DNA of 64,000 nucleotides, taken from the NCBI RefSeq assembly GCF_963921235.1, contig NC_086108.1:113214001-113278000 (forward strand). Reading direction: 5' to 3'. The DNA comes from Mobula hypostoma. Its lineage: Eukaryota. Every line of letters begins with the position of its first letter. Within the stretch, counting starts at the first letter, position 1. The notes below the pieces were generated by a model, which made no database searches, had not been told where the DNA came from, and saw nothing but the letters and a program-made list of their open reading frames with translations. A program made the translations under genes and the position numbers. Positions 1 to 12,219 of the stretch are shown here, piece after piece.

Positions 1-29
1 TACACAGACCTTCAAAGGAATATTGCAGC

Positions 30-240
30 TCACCTGGTCTCACCTGTCACCTGCCAACTTGTACAGCTTCCCCTCTCCCCACCTCCTTATTCTGACTTCT
101 TCCCCCTTCCTTTCCAGTCCTGACGAAGGGCCTTTGTCCGAAACATCGACTGTTCATTCCCCTCCATAGCTGCTGCCTGACCTGCTGAGCTGCTCTAGCA
201 CTTTGTGCATTTCTGACCATTTGCAGAATCTTGCGCGTTT
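30..240 (+). mobile_element. Penelope-like element pseudo-LTR 3' end
   Basis: Same pyrimidine-rich segment, CTGAYGA...GAAAC motif and gctgcctgacctgctgag terminus as follow the GIY-YIG ORFs at 12605 and 57616. Confidence 0.7.
115..152 (+). ncRNA. Minimal type I hammerhead ribozyme motif (degenerate)
   Basis: CAGTC-CTGACGA-agggcctttgtcc-GAAA-CATC-GACTG; stem I CAGTC/GACTG and the core are intact, but the ACGT palindrome is mutated to ACAT. Confidence 0.65.
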
Positions 241-289
241 AAAATGGGAGTTACAAATGATTTAACAATGTCTTTTGTTATCACGAAAG

Positions 290-640
290 GGAATTCCACT
301 GAATTTTATAGATGTACCATGAAGAGCATTCTGAATGGTTGTATCACCATCTGGGGAGAAGGCTGCAGGACACAGGATTGGAAACAGCTGCAGAGAGTTG
401 TAAACTCAGCCAGCTCCATCATGGGCACCAGCCTCCCCAGCATCGAGGACACCTTCAAAAGCCAATGCCTCAAAGCGGCGGCATCCATTATTAAAGACCC
501 TCACCATTCAGCACGTGCCCTCTTCTCACTGCTACCATCAGGCCGGACGTCCAGGGACCTGAAGACACACAGTCAATCACTCAAGAACAGCTTCTTCCCC
601 TCTGCCGTCAGATTCCATGAACACTACCTCACTGTCTTGC
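290..640 (+). mobile_element. Rex1/Babar-type LINE ORF C-terminal fragment
   Basis: FYRCTMKSILNGCITIW...LQRVVNSASSIMG...IIKDPHH...FSLLPSGR...KNSFFPSAVR. Confidence 0.75.
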
Positions 641-737
641 AACACACACAAAATGCTGGAGGAACTCAGCAGGACAGGCAGCATCTATGGAAAAGAATAA
701 TCAGCCGATGTTTTGGGCTGAGACCCTTTGACAGGAC
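641..737 (-). mobile_element. Penelope-like pLTR terminus inserted into the Rex fragment
   Basis: acacacaaaatgctggaggaactcagc... with a decayed hammerhead motif. Confidence 0.7.
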
Positions 738-1029
738 ACTATCTTGTTATCCTTTACACTACCTATTTATTTTTTATTTATTCTTATTGTAATTTATAGT
801 AATTTTAAGTATTGTATGAGGACATTGGTTTCCTGAACCACATTCTGGGTGCTCAGGTAATCCAGCAGCATCAAAAAGCTTTTGCGCTGTATGTGATACA
901 CATATATACTGTGTTTTCTGAGGAATGTTGTTTTGTTTAGCGGTAAACGTGTATCCGTGTTTTGTTTAGCGGTATATGTGTCTTGATAAGCGGTATACAT
1001 GCATACGGTTAAATGGCAATAAACCTGAA

Positions 1030-4000
1030 CTTTTATTTATTGAGATACAGCATGGAACAGGCCCCCTTCGGCCTACCAAGCCAGACCACCAGCAATCCCT
1101 GATTTAATCCTAGCCTAATCACAAAACAATTTACAATGACCAATTCATCTACCGACCGAGATGTCTTTGGGCCGGGGAAGGAAACTGGAAACTGGAACAC
1201 GGGGAGGAAACCCACACGGTCACAGGGAGAACATACAAACTCCTTACAGTCACGGGGAGACGTACAAACCCCTTACAGGTCACGGGGAGAACGTACAAAC
1301 TCCTTACAGTCATGGGGAGAATGTACAAACTCCTTACAGTCACGGGGAGACGTACAAACTCCTTACAGTCACAGGGAGAATGTACAAACTCCTTACAGTC
1401 ACGGGGAGACGTACAATCTCCTTACAGTCACGGGGAGAATGTACAAACTCCTTACAGTCACAGGGAGAATGTACAAACTCCTTACAGTCACGGGGAGACG
1501 TACAAACTCCTTACAGTCACGGGGAGAACGTACATGGTCATGGGGAGGAAACCCACATGGTCACGGGGAGAACGTACAAACTCCTTACAGTCATGGGGAG
1601 ACGTACAAACTCCTTACAGTCACGGGGACACGTACAAACTCCTTACAGGTCACGGGGAGAACGTACAAACTCCTTACAGTCACGGGGAGACGTACAAACT
1701 CCTTACAGTCACGGGGAGAACGTACAAACTCCTTACAGTCAGGGGGAGACGTACAAACTCCTTACAGTCACGGGGAGAATGTACATGGTCATGGGGAGGA
1801 AACCCACATGGTCACGGGGAGAACGTACAAACTCCTTACAGTCACGGGGAGACGTCTAAACTCCTTACAGTCACGGGGAGAAGTACAAACTCCTTACAGT
1901 CACGGGGAGAACGTAAAAACTCCTTACAGTCACAGGGAGACGTGCAAATTGCTTACAGTCACGGGGAGAAGGTACAAACTCCTTACAGTCATGGGGAGAA
2001 TGTACAAACTCCTTACAGTCACGGGGAGACGTACAAATTCCTTACAGTCACAGGGAGAATGTACAAACTCCTTACAGTCACGGGGAGACGTACAATCTCC
2101 TTACAGTCACGGGGAGAATGTACAAACTCCTTACAGTCACAGGGAGAATGTACAAACTCCTTACAGTCACGGGGAGACGTACAAACTCCTTACAGTCACG
2201 GGGAGAACGTACATGGTCATGGGGAGGAAACCCACATGGTCACGGGGAGAACGTACAAACTCCTTACAGTCATGGGGAGACGTACAAACTCCTTACAGTC
2301 ACGGGGACACGTACAAACTCCTTACAGGTCATGGGGAGAACGTACAAACTCCTTACAGTCATGGGGAGACGTACAAACTCCTTACAGTCACGGGGAGAAC
2401 GTACAAACTCCTTACAGTCAGGGGGAGACGTACAAACTCCTTACAGTCACGGGGAGAATGTACATGGTCATGGGGAGGAAACCCACATGGTCACGGGGAG
2501 AATGTACAAACTCCTTACAGTCACGGGGAGACGTCTAAACTCCTTACAGTCACGGGGAGAACGTACAAACTCCTTACAGTCACGGGGAGACGTACAAACT
2601 CCTTACAGTCACGGGGAGAACGTACATGGTCATGGGGAGGAAACCCACATGGTCATGGGGAGAACGTACAAACTCCTTACAGTCACGGGGAGACGTCCAA
2701 ACTCCTTACAGTCACGGGGAGAACGTACAAACTCCTTACAGGTCATGGGGAGACGTCCAAACTCCTTACAGTCACGGGGAGAACGTACAAACCCCTTACA
2801 GTCACGGGGAGATGTACAAACTCCTTACAGTCACGGGGAGAACGTACATGGTCATGGGGAGGAAACCCACATGGTCACGGGGAGAACGTACAAACTCCTT
2901 ACAGTCACGGGGAGACGTCCAAACTCCTTACAGTCACGGGGAGAACGTCCAAACTCCTTACAGGTCACGGGGAGAACGTACAAACTCCTTACAGGTCACG
3001 GGGAGACGTACAAACTCCTTACAGGTCATGGGGAGACGTCCAAACTCCTTACAGTCACGGGGAGACGTCCAAACTCCTTACAGTCACGGGGAGAACGTAC
3101 AAACTCCTTACAGGTCATGGGGAGAACGTACAAACTCCTTACAGGTCACGGGGAGACGTACAAACTCCTTACAGTCACAGGGAGAACGTACATGGTCATG
3201 GGGAGGTAACCCACATGGTCACGGGGAGAACGTACAAACTCCTTACAGTCACGGGGAGAATGTACAAACTCCTTACAGTCATGGGGAGACGTCCAAACTC
3301 CTTACAGTCATGGGGAGACGTACAAACTCCTTACAGTCATGGGGAGAACATACAAACTCCTTACAGTCACGGGGAGACGTACAAACTCCTTACAGTCATG
3401 GGGAGATGTACAAACTCCTTACAGTCATGGGGAGAACATACAAACTCCTTACAGTCACGGGGAGAACGTACAAACTCCTTACAGTCACGGGGAGAACGTA
3501 CAAACTCCTTACAGTCAGGGGGAGACGTACAAACTCCTTACAGTCACGGGGAGAATGTACATGGTCATGGGGAGGAAACCCACATGGTCACGGGGAGAAC
3601 GTACAAACTCCTTACAGTCACAGGGAGACGTCTAAACTCCTTACAGTCATGGGGAGAACGTACAAACTCCTTACAGTCACGGGGAGACGTACAAACTCCT
3701 TACAGTCACGGGGAGAACGTACATGGTCATGGGGAGGAAACCCACATGGTCACGGGGAGAACGTACAAACTCCTTACAGTCATGGGGAGAACGTACAAAC
3801 TCCTTACAGGTCATGGGGAGAACGTACAAACTCCTTACAGGTCATGGGGAGACGTCCAAACTCCTTACAGTCACGGGGAGAACGTACAAACTCCTTACAG
3901 TCACGGGGAGACGTACAAACTCCTTACAGTCACGGGGAGAACGTACATGGTCATGGGGAGGAAACCCACATGGTCACGGGGAGAACGTACAAACTCCTTA

Positions 4001-5547
4001 CAGTCACAGGGAAAACGTACAAACTCCTTACAGGTCATGGGGAGAACGTACAAACTCCTTACAGGTCATGGGGAGACGTCCAAACTCCTTACAGTCACGG
4101 GGAGAACGTACAAACTCCTTACAGTCACGGGGAGACGTACAAACTCCTTACAGTCACGGGGAGAACGTACATGGTCATGGGGAGGAAACCCACATGGTCA
4201 CGGGGAGAACGTACAAACTCCTTACAGTCACGGGGAGAATGTACAAACTCCTTACAGTCACGGGGAGACGTACAAACTCCTTACAGTCATGGGGAGAACG
4301 TACAAACTCCTTACAGGTCATGGGGAGAACGTACAAACTCCTTATGGTCACGGGAGACGTCCAAACTCCTTACAGTCACGGGGAGAACGTACAAACTCCT
4401 TACAGTCACGGGGAGACGTACAAACTCCTTACAGTCACAGGGAGAAATCCAAACTCCCTACAGTCACGGGGAGAATGTACAAACTCCTTACAGTCACGGG
4501 GAGATGTACAAACTCCTTACAGTCACGGGGAGAACGTACATGGTCATGGGGAGGAAACCCACATGGTCACGGGGAGAACGTACAAACTCCTTACAGTCAC
4601 GGGGAGACGTCCAAACTCCTTACAGTCACGGGGAGAACGTACAAACTCCTTACAGGTCATGGGGAGAACGTACAAACTCCTTACAGGTCACGGGGAGACG
4701 TACAAACTCCTTACAGTCACGGGGAGAACGTACAAACTCCTTACAGGTCATGGGGAGAACGTACAAACTCCTTACAGTCACAGGGAGACGTACAAACTTC
4801 TTACAGTCACGGGGAGAACGTACATGGTCATGGGGAGGAAACCCACATGGTCACGGGGAGAACGTACCAGCTCCTTACAGTCACTGGGAGAATGTACAAA
4901 CTCCTTACAGTCATGGGGAGACGTCCAAACTCCTTACAGTCTTGGGGAGAACATACAAACTCCTTACAGTCACAGGGAGATGTACAAACTCCTTACAGTC
5001 ATGGGGAGACGTACAAACTCCTTACAGTCATGGGGAGAACATACAAACTCCTTACAGTCACGGGGAGAACGTACAAACTCCTTACAGTCACGGGGAGAAT
5101 GTACAAACTCCTTACAGTCATGGGGAGACGTCCAATCTCCTTACAGTCATGGGGAGACGTACAAACTCCTTACAGTCATGGGGAGAACATACAAACTCCT
5201 TACAGTCATGGGGAGATGTACAAACTCCTTACAGTCATGGGGAGACGTACAAACTCCTTACAGTCATGGGGAGAACATACAAACTCCTTACAGTCACGGG
5301 GAGATGTACAAACTCCTTACAGTCATGGGGAGACGTACAAACTCCTTACAGTCATGGGGAGAACATACAAACTCCTTACAGTCACGGGGAGATGTACAAA
5401 CTCCTTACAGTCACGGGGAGAACGTACATGGTCATGGGGAGGAAACCCACATGGTCACAGGGAGAACGTACAAACTCCTTACAGGCAGCAGTGGGAATTG
5501 AACCCGGGAATTGCTGGAATCATAAAGCATTCTGCTAACACTACCGC
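1030..5547 (-). mobile_element. tRNA-derived V-SINE (HE1-like) carrying a 4.3-kb internal tandem expansion
   Basis: On the minus strand: head with B-box GGTTCAATTCC near 5494-5504, V-domain start tgtaaggagtttgtacgttctccccgtgac, gggtttcctcc, and 3' tail ...ctgttccatgctgtatctcaataaataaa near 1030-1060. Confidence 0.85.
1197..5485. repeat. Minisatellite array of 29-31 bp units (gtcacggggagaacgtacaaactccttaca), about 140 units, with a 679-bp higher-order repeat
   Basis: Directly visible; diagnostic variants recur 679 bp apart (gtacaatctc at 1411 and 2090, acgtctaaa at 1852 and 2531). Confidence 0.97.
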
Positions 5548-5789
5548 TTTAATTCACCATGTCTTTGCTTGTCTGTTTGCTAAATTGTGGAATCCAAGCT
5601 GAGATTTTCAGGTGACGTGTCCTGTATTAATTGCATGCTGCAATTTTGGGAATGTTCCAGAATAACTACATGAACAAGTTAACTGAAGAAGCCGTTATCC
5701 CTGAAGGCTATTCTGTAACTTCATTAGCTGCCAGGTGCTCTTGTCACAACTCGTGGAACACATGACTGGAGTCCAGTACGATGTTCTCC

Positions 5790-6054
5790 TGATGGGTGGA
5801 TCTGGTCTGTGTGTGACACAGTCCTCGGCCGATCAGAGCCAGGGCCCAGTGGCTTGGAACACAAACCGACTGCTGCCGCCTTCCTCCACCCTCACCGCCG
5901 CTGTGACGTGTCACCATCTTCCACCAGTTGCACATAGGAGGTCTTGGTTGGATTGTAACTTCCCCTTTCACCTTACTGCCTTGGGAGACCCTGCCAGGAG
6001 CTAAATTCCAGACAGCATCGCTCTTGGGATCTCAGGATCTCACAAGCCTCTCCA
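5790..6054 (-). mobile_element. RTE-clade (Rex3/Expander-like) 5' UTR-derived element
   Basis: Reverse complement reads gagatcccaagagcgatgctgtctgga...ctcctggcagggtctcccaaggca; homologous to 62050-62430. Confidence 0.55.
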
Positions 6055-6189
6055 GGTGTTCTGCTGACCTTTTAACTTGCTCTAACATCGATCTTACCCT
6101 TCCCTCCTACACACCTCTCCAGTTCGGTTGAATGACCTGTTTCCCTGCTGTACTGGTCTACGTTTCCGATCATCCATACGCCTATCTGA

Positions 6190-6996
6190 GGCTACATCCA
6201 CACTAGATCGGATAATTTTGAAAATGCCGGTTTCCCGCAAAAAACGATAGGCGTGCACACAAGGCTTTTTTCAAAATTCCTCTGTCCACATTAGAACGGA
6301 TATTTAGGCGAATCTCCTCCTACTGGGCATGCGCAGGACACACGGAAAACAAGCGAAGAGGAAACGGTATACTTGGTGCGCGTTTGTCCAGAAACATTTC
6401 CTACAGCCATAGTCTCTTCATGATGAAAGGGACGACAGCTACAACTAAACGCAATAAGACTTGTTACTGGGCTGAAGTGAAATTTGCTGTTGCCTCATTT
6501 GTTTGCCTTTACTTTTGCCATGTCTTTCTGTATTATTTTGTTGTATTTAACATGTGCAATAAAACAAGTTACTGGGCAAAAGTGACAATTGCATCTATGG
6601 AATGTTTGCACAAGCAATACATTAATAAAGCACCTTGTTAAATAAAACATGTTTGCATCAGTGTTATCTTGTATTTCCACACAATGTTATATTAGGATGT
6701 TACACATCTATTGTCAGATATTGTTGTGGTGTTGGAGGTTACGTTCAAGAAAACAATGAAATGCCGGGCTGCCACCATTTGTTCCAGCACGTCATGACAG
6801 CAGTTTTAAAAATAGCCGGTTACCCCGTACACACTGTGCCGGATATTAGGCGTTTTCAGATTTATTCACTCTGGTGAGCGTTTCTGAAAAGCTCCCCTTT
6901 CCGGGGAGGAAAACGCCATTTCAGTGTGGGCGGAGGGTCAAAACGAAGAGAAAAAGCTTCAGTTACGGATTTATCCGGTCCAGTGTGGACGTACCC
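6190..6996. mobile_element. Non-autonomous PIF/Harbinger-type DNA transposon (MITE), 807 bp
   Basis: Imperfect 26-bp TIRs: ggctacatccacactagatcggataa and (rc) gggtacgtccacactggaccggataa; flanks tga/taa resemble a TWA TSD; no convincing coding region. Confidence 0.75.
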
Positions 6997-7044
6997 TAAG
7001 AAAGCCTAAAATCAAAATCAGGTTTGATATCACCGGCATATCCC

Positions 7045-8178
7045 CTCCAGCCCCTACACATTTCGCCATCTCTATAAACCTCTGCCCGTCTCTACACTCC
7101 TCTCGGACTCAGTAACCCACTCCAGCTCAAACACACCCCTCCTGTCTCTGTAAACTCCCTCCCAGGCCCTACACCCCTCCCTGTCCCTGTAACCCTCTCC
7201 AGCCCCTATACCCCTCCCTGTCTCTATAACCCCCTCCAGACCCTACACCCCTCCCTGTCTCTATAACCCCCTCCAGGACCTACACCCCTCCCTGTCCCTG
7301 TAACCCTCTCCGGCCCCTACACCCCTCCCTGTCTCTGTAACCCCCTCCGGCCCCTACACCCCTCCCTGTCTCTATAACCCCCCTCCAGACCCTACACCCC
7401 TCCCTGTCTCTGTAACCCCCTCCAAACCCTACACCCCTCCCTGTCTCTGTAACCCCCTCCGGCCCCTACACCTCTCCCTGTCTCTATAACCCCCCTCCAG
7501 ACCCTACACCCCTCCCTGTCTCTATAACCCCCTCAGGCCCCTACACCCCTCCCTGTCTCGGTAACCCCCTCCAGACCCTACACCCCTCCCTGTCTCTGTA
7601 ACCCCCTCCAGACCCTACACCCCTCCCTGTCTCTATAACCCCCTCCAGACCCTACACCCCTCCCTGTCTCTGTAACCCCTTCTGGCCTCTGCACCCCTCC
7701 CTGTCATTGTAACCCTCTCCAGACCCTACACCCCTCCCTGTCTCTATAACCCCCTCCAGACCCTACACCCCTCCCTATCACTGTAACCCCCTCCAGACCC
7801 TACATCCCTCCCTGTCTCTATAACCCCCTCCAGACCCTACATCCCTCCCTGTCTCTGTAACCCCCTCCAGACCCTACACCCCTCCCTGTCACTGTAAACC
7901 CCTCCAGACCCTACACCCCTCCCTGTCTCTGTAACCCCCTCCAGACCCTACACCCCTCCCTGTCTCTGTAACCCCCTCCAGACCCTACACCCCTCTCTGT
8001 CTCTGTAACCCCCTCCAGACCCTACACCCCTCCCTGTCTCTGTAACCCTCTCCAGACCCTACACCCCTCTCTGTCTCTGTAACCCCCTCCAGACCCTACA
8101 CCCCTCCCTGTCTCTGTAACCCCCTCCAGACCCTACACCCCTCCCTGTCTCTGTAACCCCCTCTGGCCCCTACACCTT
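7045..8178. repeat. 37-bp C-rich minisatellite (ccctacacccctccctgtctctgtaaccccctccaga), about 30 copies
   Basis: Directly visible 37-bp period (e.g. 7921 and 7958). Confidence 0.97.
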
Positions 8179-8614
8179 CATCTCATATCCTCAATATTTA
8201 TTGATTATTTATTTATTTATTTATTATATTATTGTTTTTTTAAAATTCTTTTTGTATTTGCAGTTTGGTCATTTGTCTGTCCTGTTGGCTGCAGTCTTTC
8301 ATTGATTCTACCATTTTTCTTGTACTTACTGTAATGCCCACATGAAAATGAATCTCAGGGTATGATATGGTGACAAATATGTACTTTGATAATAAATTTA
8401 CTCCGAACTTTGAACACCTACGCCTCTTGAATGAATCATGAGAGGAATATTCAGAGTGAGAGGCGACTCTTTGAAGTATTGGAGTGGGTGTCAATATTGG
8501 CTCTGTTTGTATGGAATGTTTGCCTCCGTCATCATGAGAGGGGGTTCTCCTAGCATGATGCAAGGAATTCCCTGAAAGTCTGCACAGCCTTTTCAAAACA
8601 CTCAGCTCATTGGA

Positions 8615-8850
8615 TAAGACTGGAGCTAGAGGTCATGGGTTAAGGATGAAAGGTGAAATGTTGAAAGGGAACCTGAGGGGGAACTTCATTCAGAGCATGG
8701 TCCGAGACTGGAAGGAGCTGCCAGTGAAAGTGGTGGTTGCAGATTCGATTTCAAATTTGGATAGGTACATTGGTGAGGGGGTGGGGGGTATGGAGGACTA
8801 TGGCATGGACTAGATGGGCCAAAGGGCCTGTTTCTGAGCTATGGTGTTCT
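8615..8850 (+). mobile_element. CR1 LINE 3' fragment
   Basis: ARGHGLRMKG...LRGNF...VRDWKELP plus gggccaaagggcctgtttctg tail. Confidence 0.7.
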
Positions 8851-9711
8851 ATGGCCCTGTGAAACACAGTATACAGTATTGGAGGCAATTCCAGTCTTTA
8901 GTAAACTGGACAGAGTGGGAGGAGGTTTACCAGCATGTTGCCTGGAGTTTTGGGCAGGCGTGGGGTGGACATTATTCCTCGGAATGTAGGAGATTAAGGT
9001 TGACTTTACAGAGGTGTATAAATGCAGGCTCATGGGACGAGCTGAGATGGGCAGAGATGAGTTGGGCCGAAGGGCATGATCCCACACTGTATGATTTTAT
9101 GAGACTCAGCAGGATGGAAGGATTGTCTTAGTAAGAGGAGGTAAGGATGTTGTCTCTGTGCTCCTTGGAGCTTCAAAAAAAAAAATAGGGTAAGATCTCA
9201 GACCCTGGATGAACATGAGATCAGAGAACGACAGAGTGGGAGAGCAGTCACACTTACAGGGGTTAGCGGCAGACACTTAACAGGAGGGAAGGGAATCTCT
9301 GGAGTTCTCCACCCGAAAGGGTGTGGATACTGGATCATGGTGGGGAGGGTGGTTTAATGAGAAGCGAGGGAAATGTTTGACACATCAGGGGACTGAGGGA
9401 GATGGGGAACAGGCACAGGAGGGGAGATGAGGCCTGGGGCATATCAGCTATGGTCACATTGAATGGTGGGATAGGACTGAGGGGCTGAATGGTCTCCTCC
9501 TATTCTTGATCTATTGGTGTTTCTTGTGTCTAAAAGTTCAAAATAAGAATTTTCAACAGAACCACCAATGCCTTTCATTCAAACAGTATCCCTTTATGCA
9601 CAGAAGCAGAGCTTTGAACGTTAAACTAACTTCCAAGCATCAATGTCTTTCACAAAGGCTTTGTACGGGGGGGAAAGGTTTCTACGTTTAAACAATACCA
9701 TTTGAACTTAC

Positions 9712-9756
9712 CACTGCCCCCTTGGGTCCCTTCGTTCCTCTGGGCCCAGCAATGCC
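9712..9756 (-). CDS. COL24A1: Collagen exon, 45 bp, GIAGPRGTKGPKGAV
   Basis: ctttctctccttag|GGC...GTG|gtaagt. Confidence 0.93.
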
Positions 9757-10089
9757 CTAAGGAGAGAAAGTTGCCTCATCAAACACAGCAGGTTTCAAAC
9801 AGAGGCGATCGCAACAAAGCCTTCACATCAGCCAGCTGTGGACAATATGAATCACATTTCTCCCACATTACAGCTTCCATCAGGTTTTGCACAACACCGG
9901 CTTTGTCTGCAAAAATGCAGATTACTGTTCCAAAAACACCGGCTGACAAGGGATCACGTGGCCATTTTAACCCGGGGATTGAGTGTTTCTGTGGACCAAG
10001 GAGACGGAGATTGGAGGGACAAGGAGCCTGGGGTTGAGGAAGAAGTGGTTTATCCATACAGATGCTGTGTGCAACTTTCCACAGTGTTG

Positions 10090-10545
10090 TCAGAATCGGA
10101 ATTAGATTTATTATCACTGGCATACGTCATGAAATTTGTTTTGCAGCAGCAAGACAGTGCAATACATAAAAAATCAAAGTTACAATAAGAAATATATATA
10201 TTCTATACAGTCTATATATTATAATTAATAAGTATTGCAAAAAAAGGGCAAAACTACTGAAGCAGTGTTCATGGGTTCATGGACAATTCAGAAATCTAAA
10301 TACTGAGGGAGAAGAAGCTGTTCCTGAAACATTGAGTGTGTATCTTCAGTCCGTGATGGTAGCAATCAGCAGAGGGCATGCCCTGGGCGATGGGGATCTT
10401 TCAAGACGGACGCTGCCTTTCTGAGGCATTGCCATCTGAAGGTGTCCTGGACGCTGAGGAGGCTGGTGCCTGTGATGGAGCTGGCTGAGTTTACAACTTC
10501 CTGCAGCTTTTTCTAATCCTGTGCAGTGGCCCCTGCATTCCAGAT
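10090..10545 (-). mobile_element. Rex1/Babar-type LINE 3' fragment
   Basis: Reverse-complement homologue of 290-640 with the 3' UTR and ctgattctga-type tail. Confidence 0.7.
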
Positions 10546-10789
10546 GGCTTGACATGTAGTATTGCAGGCAGAAACCCCTCAGCAGGTTGTCAAAAGGGGG
10601 ATATGTCAAGAGCTGCCATCTGTAAGTCTTTGAACTGAGGGATGGGAGATGGGAATCACCTGAATAGTATTTGACTGACTTCAGCCTTTGGTGTTTTGTT
10701 TAAATGTCTCTGATTGTGTGAAAAAGGGGTAAATGGTAGTTGCTGGTCTGGTAACAGATGTGAGGAGCACAGTGGCATTTTGGGGAGAT

Positions 10790-10985
10790 CAGAGCTGCTG
10801 CCTCACAGCCATAGAGACCAGGGTTCGATCCTGACTTCCGGCACTGTCCGTGGGGAGTTAACACAGTCACCCTGTGACTGTGTGCGTTTCCCTCGGATGC
10901 TCCACTTCCCAAAGTCAGTTCATTGTCCCCAGTGTGTGGGCGAGGGGTGGAATCTGGGGGGAGTCGATGGGAATGTGGGGAGAGA
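10790..10985 (+). mobile_element. V-SINE (HE1-like), decayed
   Basis: gctgctgcctcacagc...gggttcgatcctgac B-box plus V-domain remnants. Confidence 0.65.
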
Positions 10986-11690
10986 GCTAGAGAGCATGTT
11001 GTATCAGGATAAGTTGATTGAGCTGGGGGGTTTCTCTTTGGAGCAATGGAGGATGAGGGGTGACTTGACAGAGCAGTACAAGATGATAAGAGGCATAGAT
11101 CGAGTGGACTGGAGGTGGCTCGTACCAGAGGGTATCATTTTACGGAGATTGTAGGAATGTACAGTGGGGGATGTCAGATGATTATTTTTTTACACACAGA
11201 GTGGTGGGTGTGTGGAATGTCCTGGCAGCGGTGGTGGTCAGCGCATTTAAGAAGCTATTAGAGAGACACACATGGATGATGGAAAAATGGAGGCCAAGTG
11301 GAGGGGAGGGTTAGATTGATCTTAGAGTAAGTTAAAAGGTCAGTACAACATTGTGGGCTGAAGTGCACAATAAAGTTTGATGTTCTAATAACAGTCAGAA
11401 TCTTTTCCCCAGGGTAGAAATGTCAAACAGCAGAGACATGATTCTAAGGTTGGGGAGTTTAAAGGTGACGTGGGGGGCAAGTTTATTTTATGCAGGGAGT
11501 GGTGGTTGCCTGGAACGGGTTACCGAGGATAGCGGTGCACGTAGTTTAACGGGTGCTTGGACAGACACGTGAATATAAAGGAGATGGAGAAATAGGGATG
11601 ATAGACAGGAGGAGCACATTTAGTATCAATTGGCATCAAGGTCAGCACCAAGCAGCCTGTATAGCGCTACAGTGTCCCGTCCTAGCTCAA
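10986..11690 (+). mobile_element. Two adjacent CR1 LINE 3' fragments
   Basis: FSLEQWRMRGDLTEQYKMIRGIDRVD; tttacacacagagtggtgggtgtgtggaatg; CR1 3' UTRs. Confidence 0.7.
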
Positions 11691-11869
11691 CAGACTGTTG
11701 TAGTGAACTGCAAGGTCACAGCGAGGTAGATTGTGAGATTGTGGGTTGAGCCCTCTCCTGTTCCTATCTCATCTGGTCATCTTTCATTTGTTTTGTTGTA
11801 TCTGTATTGATCTACAAATGTGCCCATTTGCACCCCTTAACCCAAGCCAGTTCTTAGAAAACACTTTAC

Positions 11870-11923
11870 CTTTTTACCTTCCGGCCCAGGAGGTCCAACG
11901 ACACCCGGTGGCCCAATAAAGCC
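11870..11923 (-). CDS. COL24A1: Collagen exon, 54 bp, GFIGPPGVVGPPGPEGKK
   Basis: (tc)n-cag|GGC...AAG|gtaaag. Confidence 0.93.
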
Positions 11924-12029
11924 CTGGAGAGAGAGAGAGACAACAGTCACTAACAGCCGACAGTAGTGGTGACTCTCACTGCTCAGGTCAGTGACTGGAA
12001 GTGAAAGAGGGTGTCAAAATCACCTGTAA

Positions 12030-12165
12030 CATACACAAAATGCTGGAGGAACTCAGCAAGTCAGGCAGCATCTGTGAAAAGGAATAAGAGTCAACATTTC
12101 TGCCCAAGACCCTTCATCAGGACTGGGAAGGAGGGTGTTGGGGGTGGGGGGAGCCAGAACAAGAA
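12030..12165 (-). mobile_element. Penelope-like pLTR terminus, inverted relative to the adjacent PLE; hammerhead motif at 12088-12125
   Basis: Reverse complement reads CAGTC-CTGATGA-agggtcttgggca-GAAA-TGTT-GACTC. Confidence 0.7.
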
Positions 12166-12219
12166 ACTCTTCACACCTGGTGGACTGGACTGTTTAAATG
12201 TTACACTTACACTTCCTCC

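Noticed and set aside
1197..5485. CRISPR-like array of about 30-bp repeats
   Set aside because: The units are contiguous with no unique spacers, there are no cas genes, and the context is eukaryotic.
5484..5547. tRNA gene
   Set aside because: B-box-like sequences here and at about 10820, 28556 and 61533 are decayed SINE heads with no cloverleaf.
1136..5602. 1488-aa ORF and overlapping 970, 592, 408 and 363-aa ORFs
   Set aside because: The monomer lacks plus-strand stop codons in all frames, so all three frames stay open and shift with unit length. The array is a SINE-derived satellite, not a gene.
1..9711. Next downstream collagen exon
   Set aside because: I found no Gly-X-Y 45/54-bp exon with splice sites here. 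The acceptor-like site near 8572 does not open a Gly-X-Y frame, so the next exon is probably outside the window.
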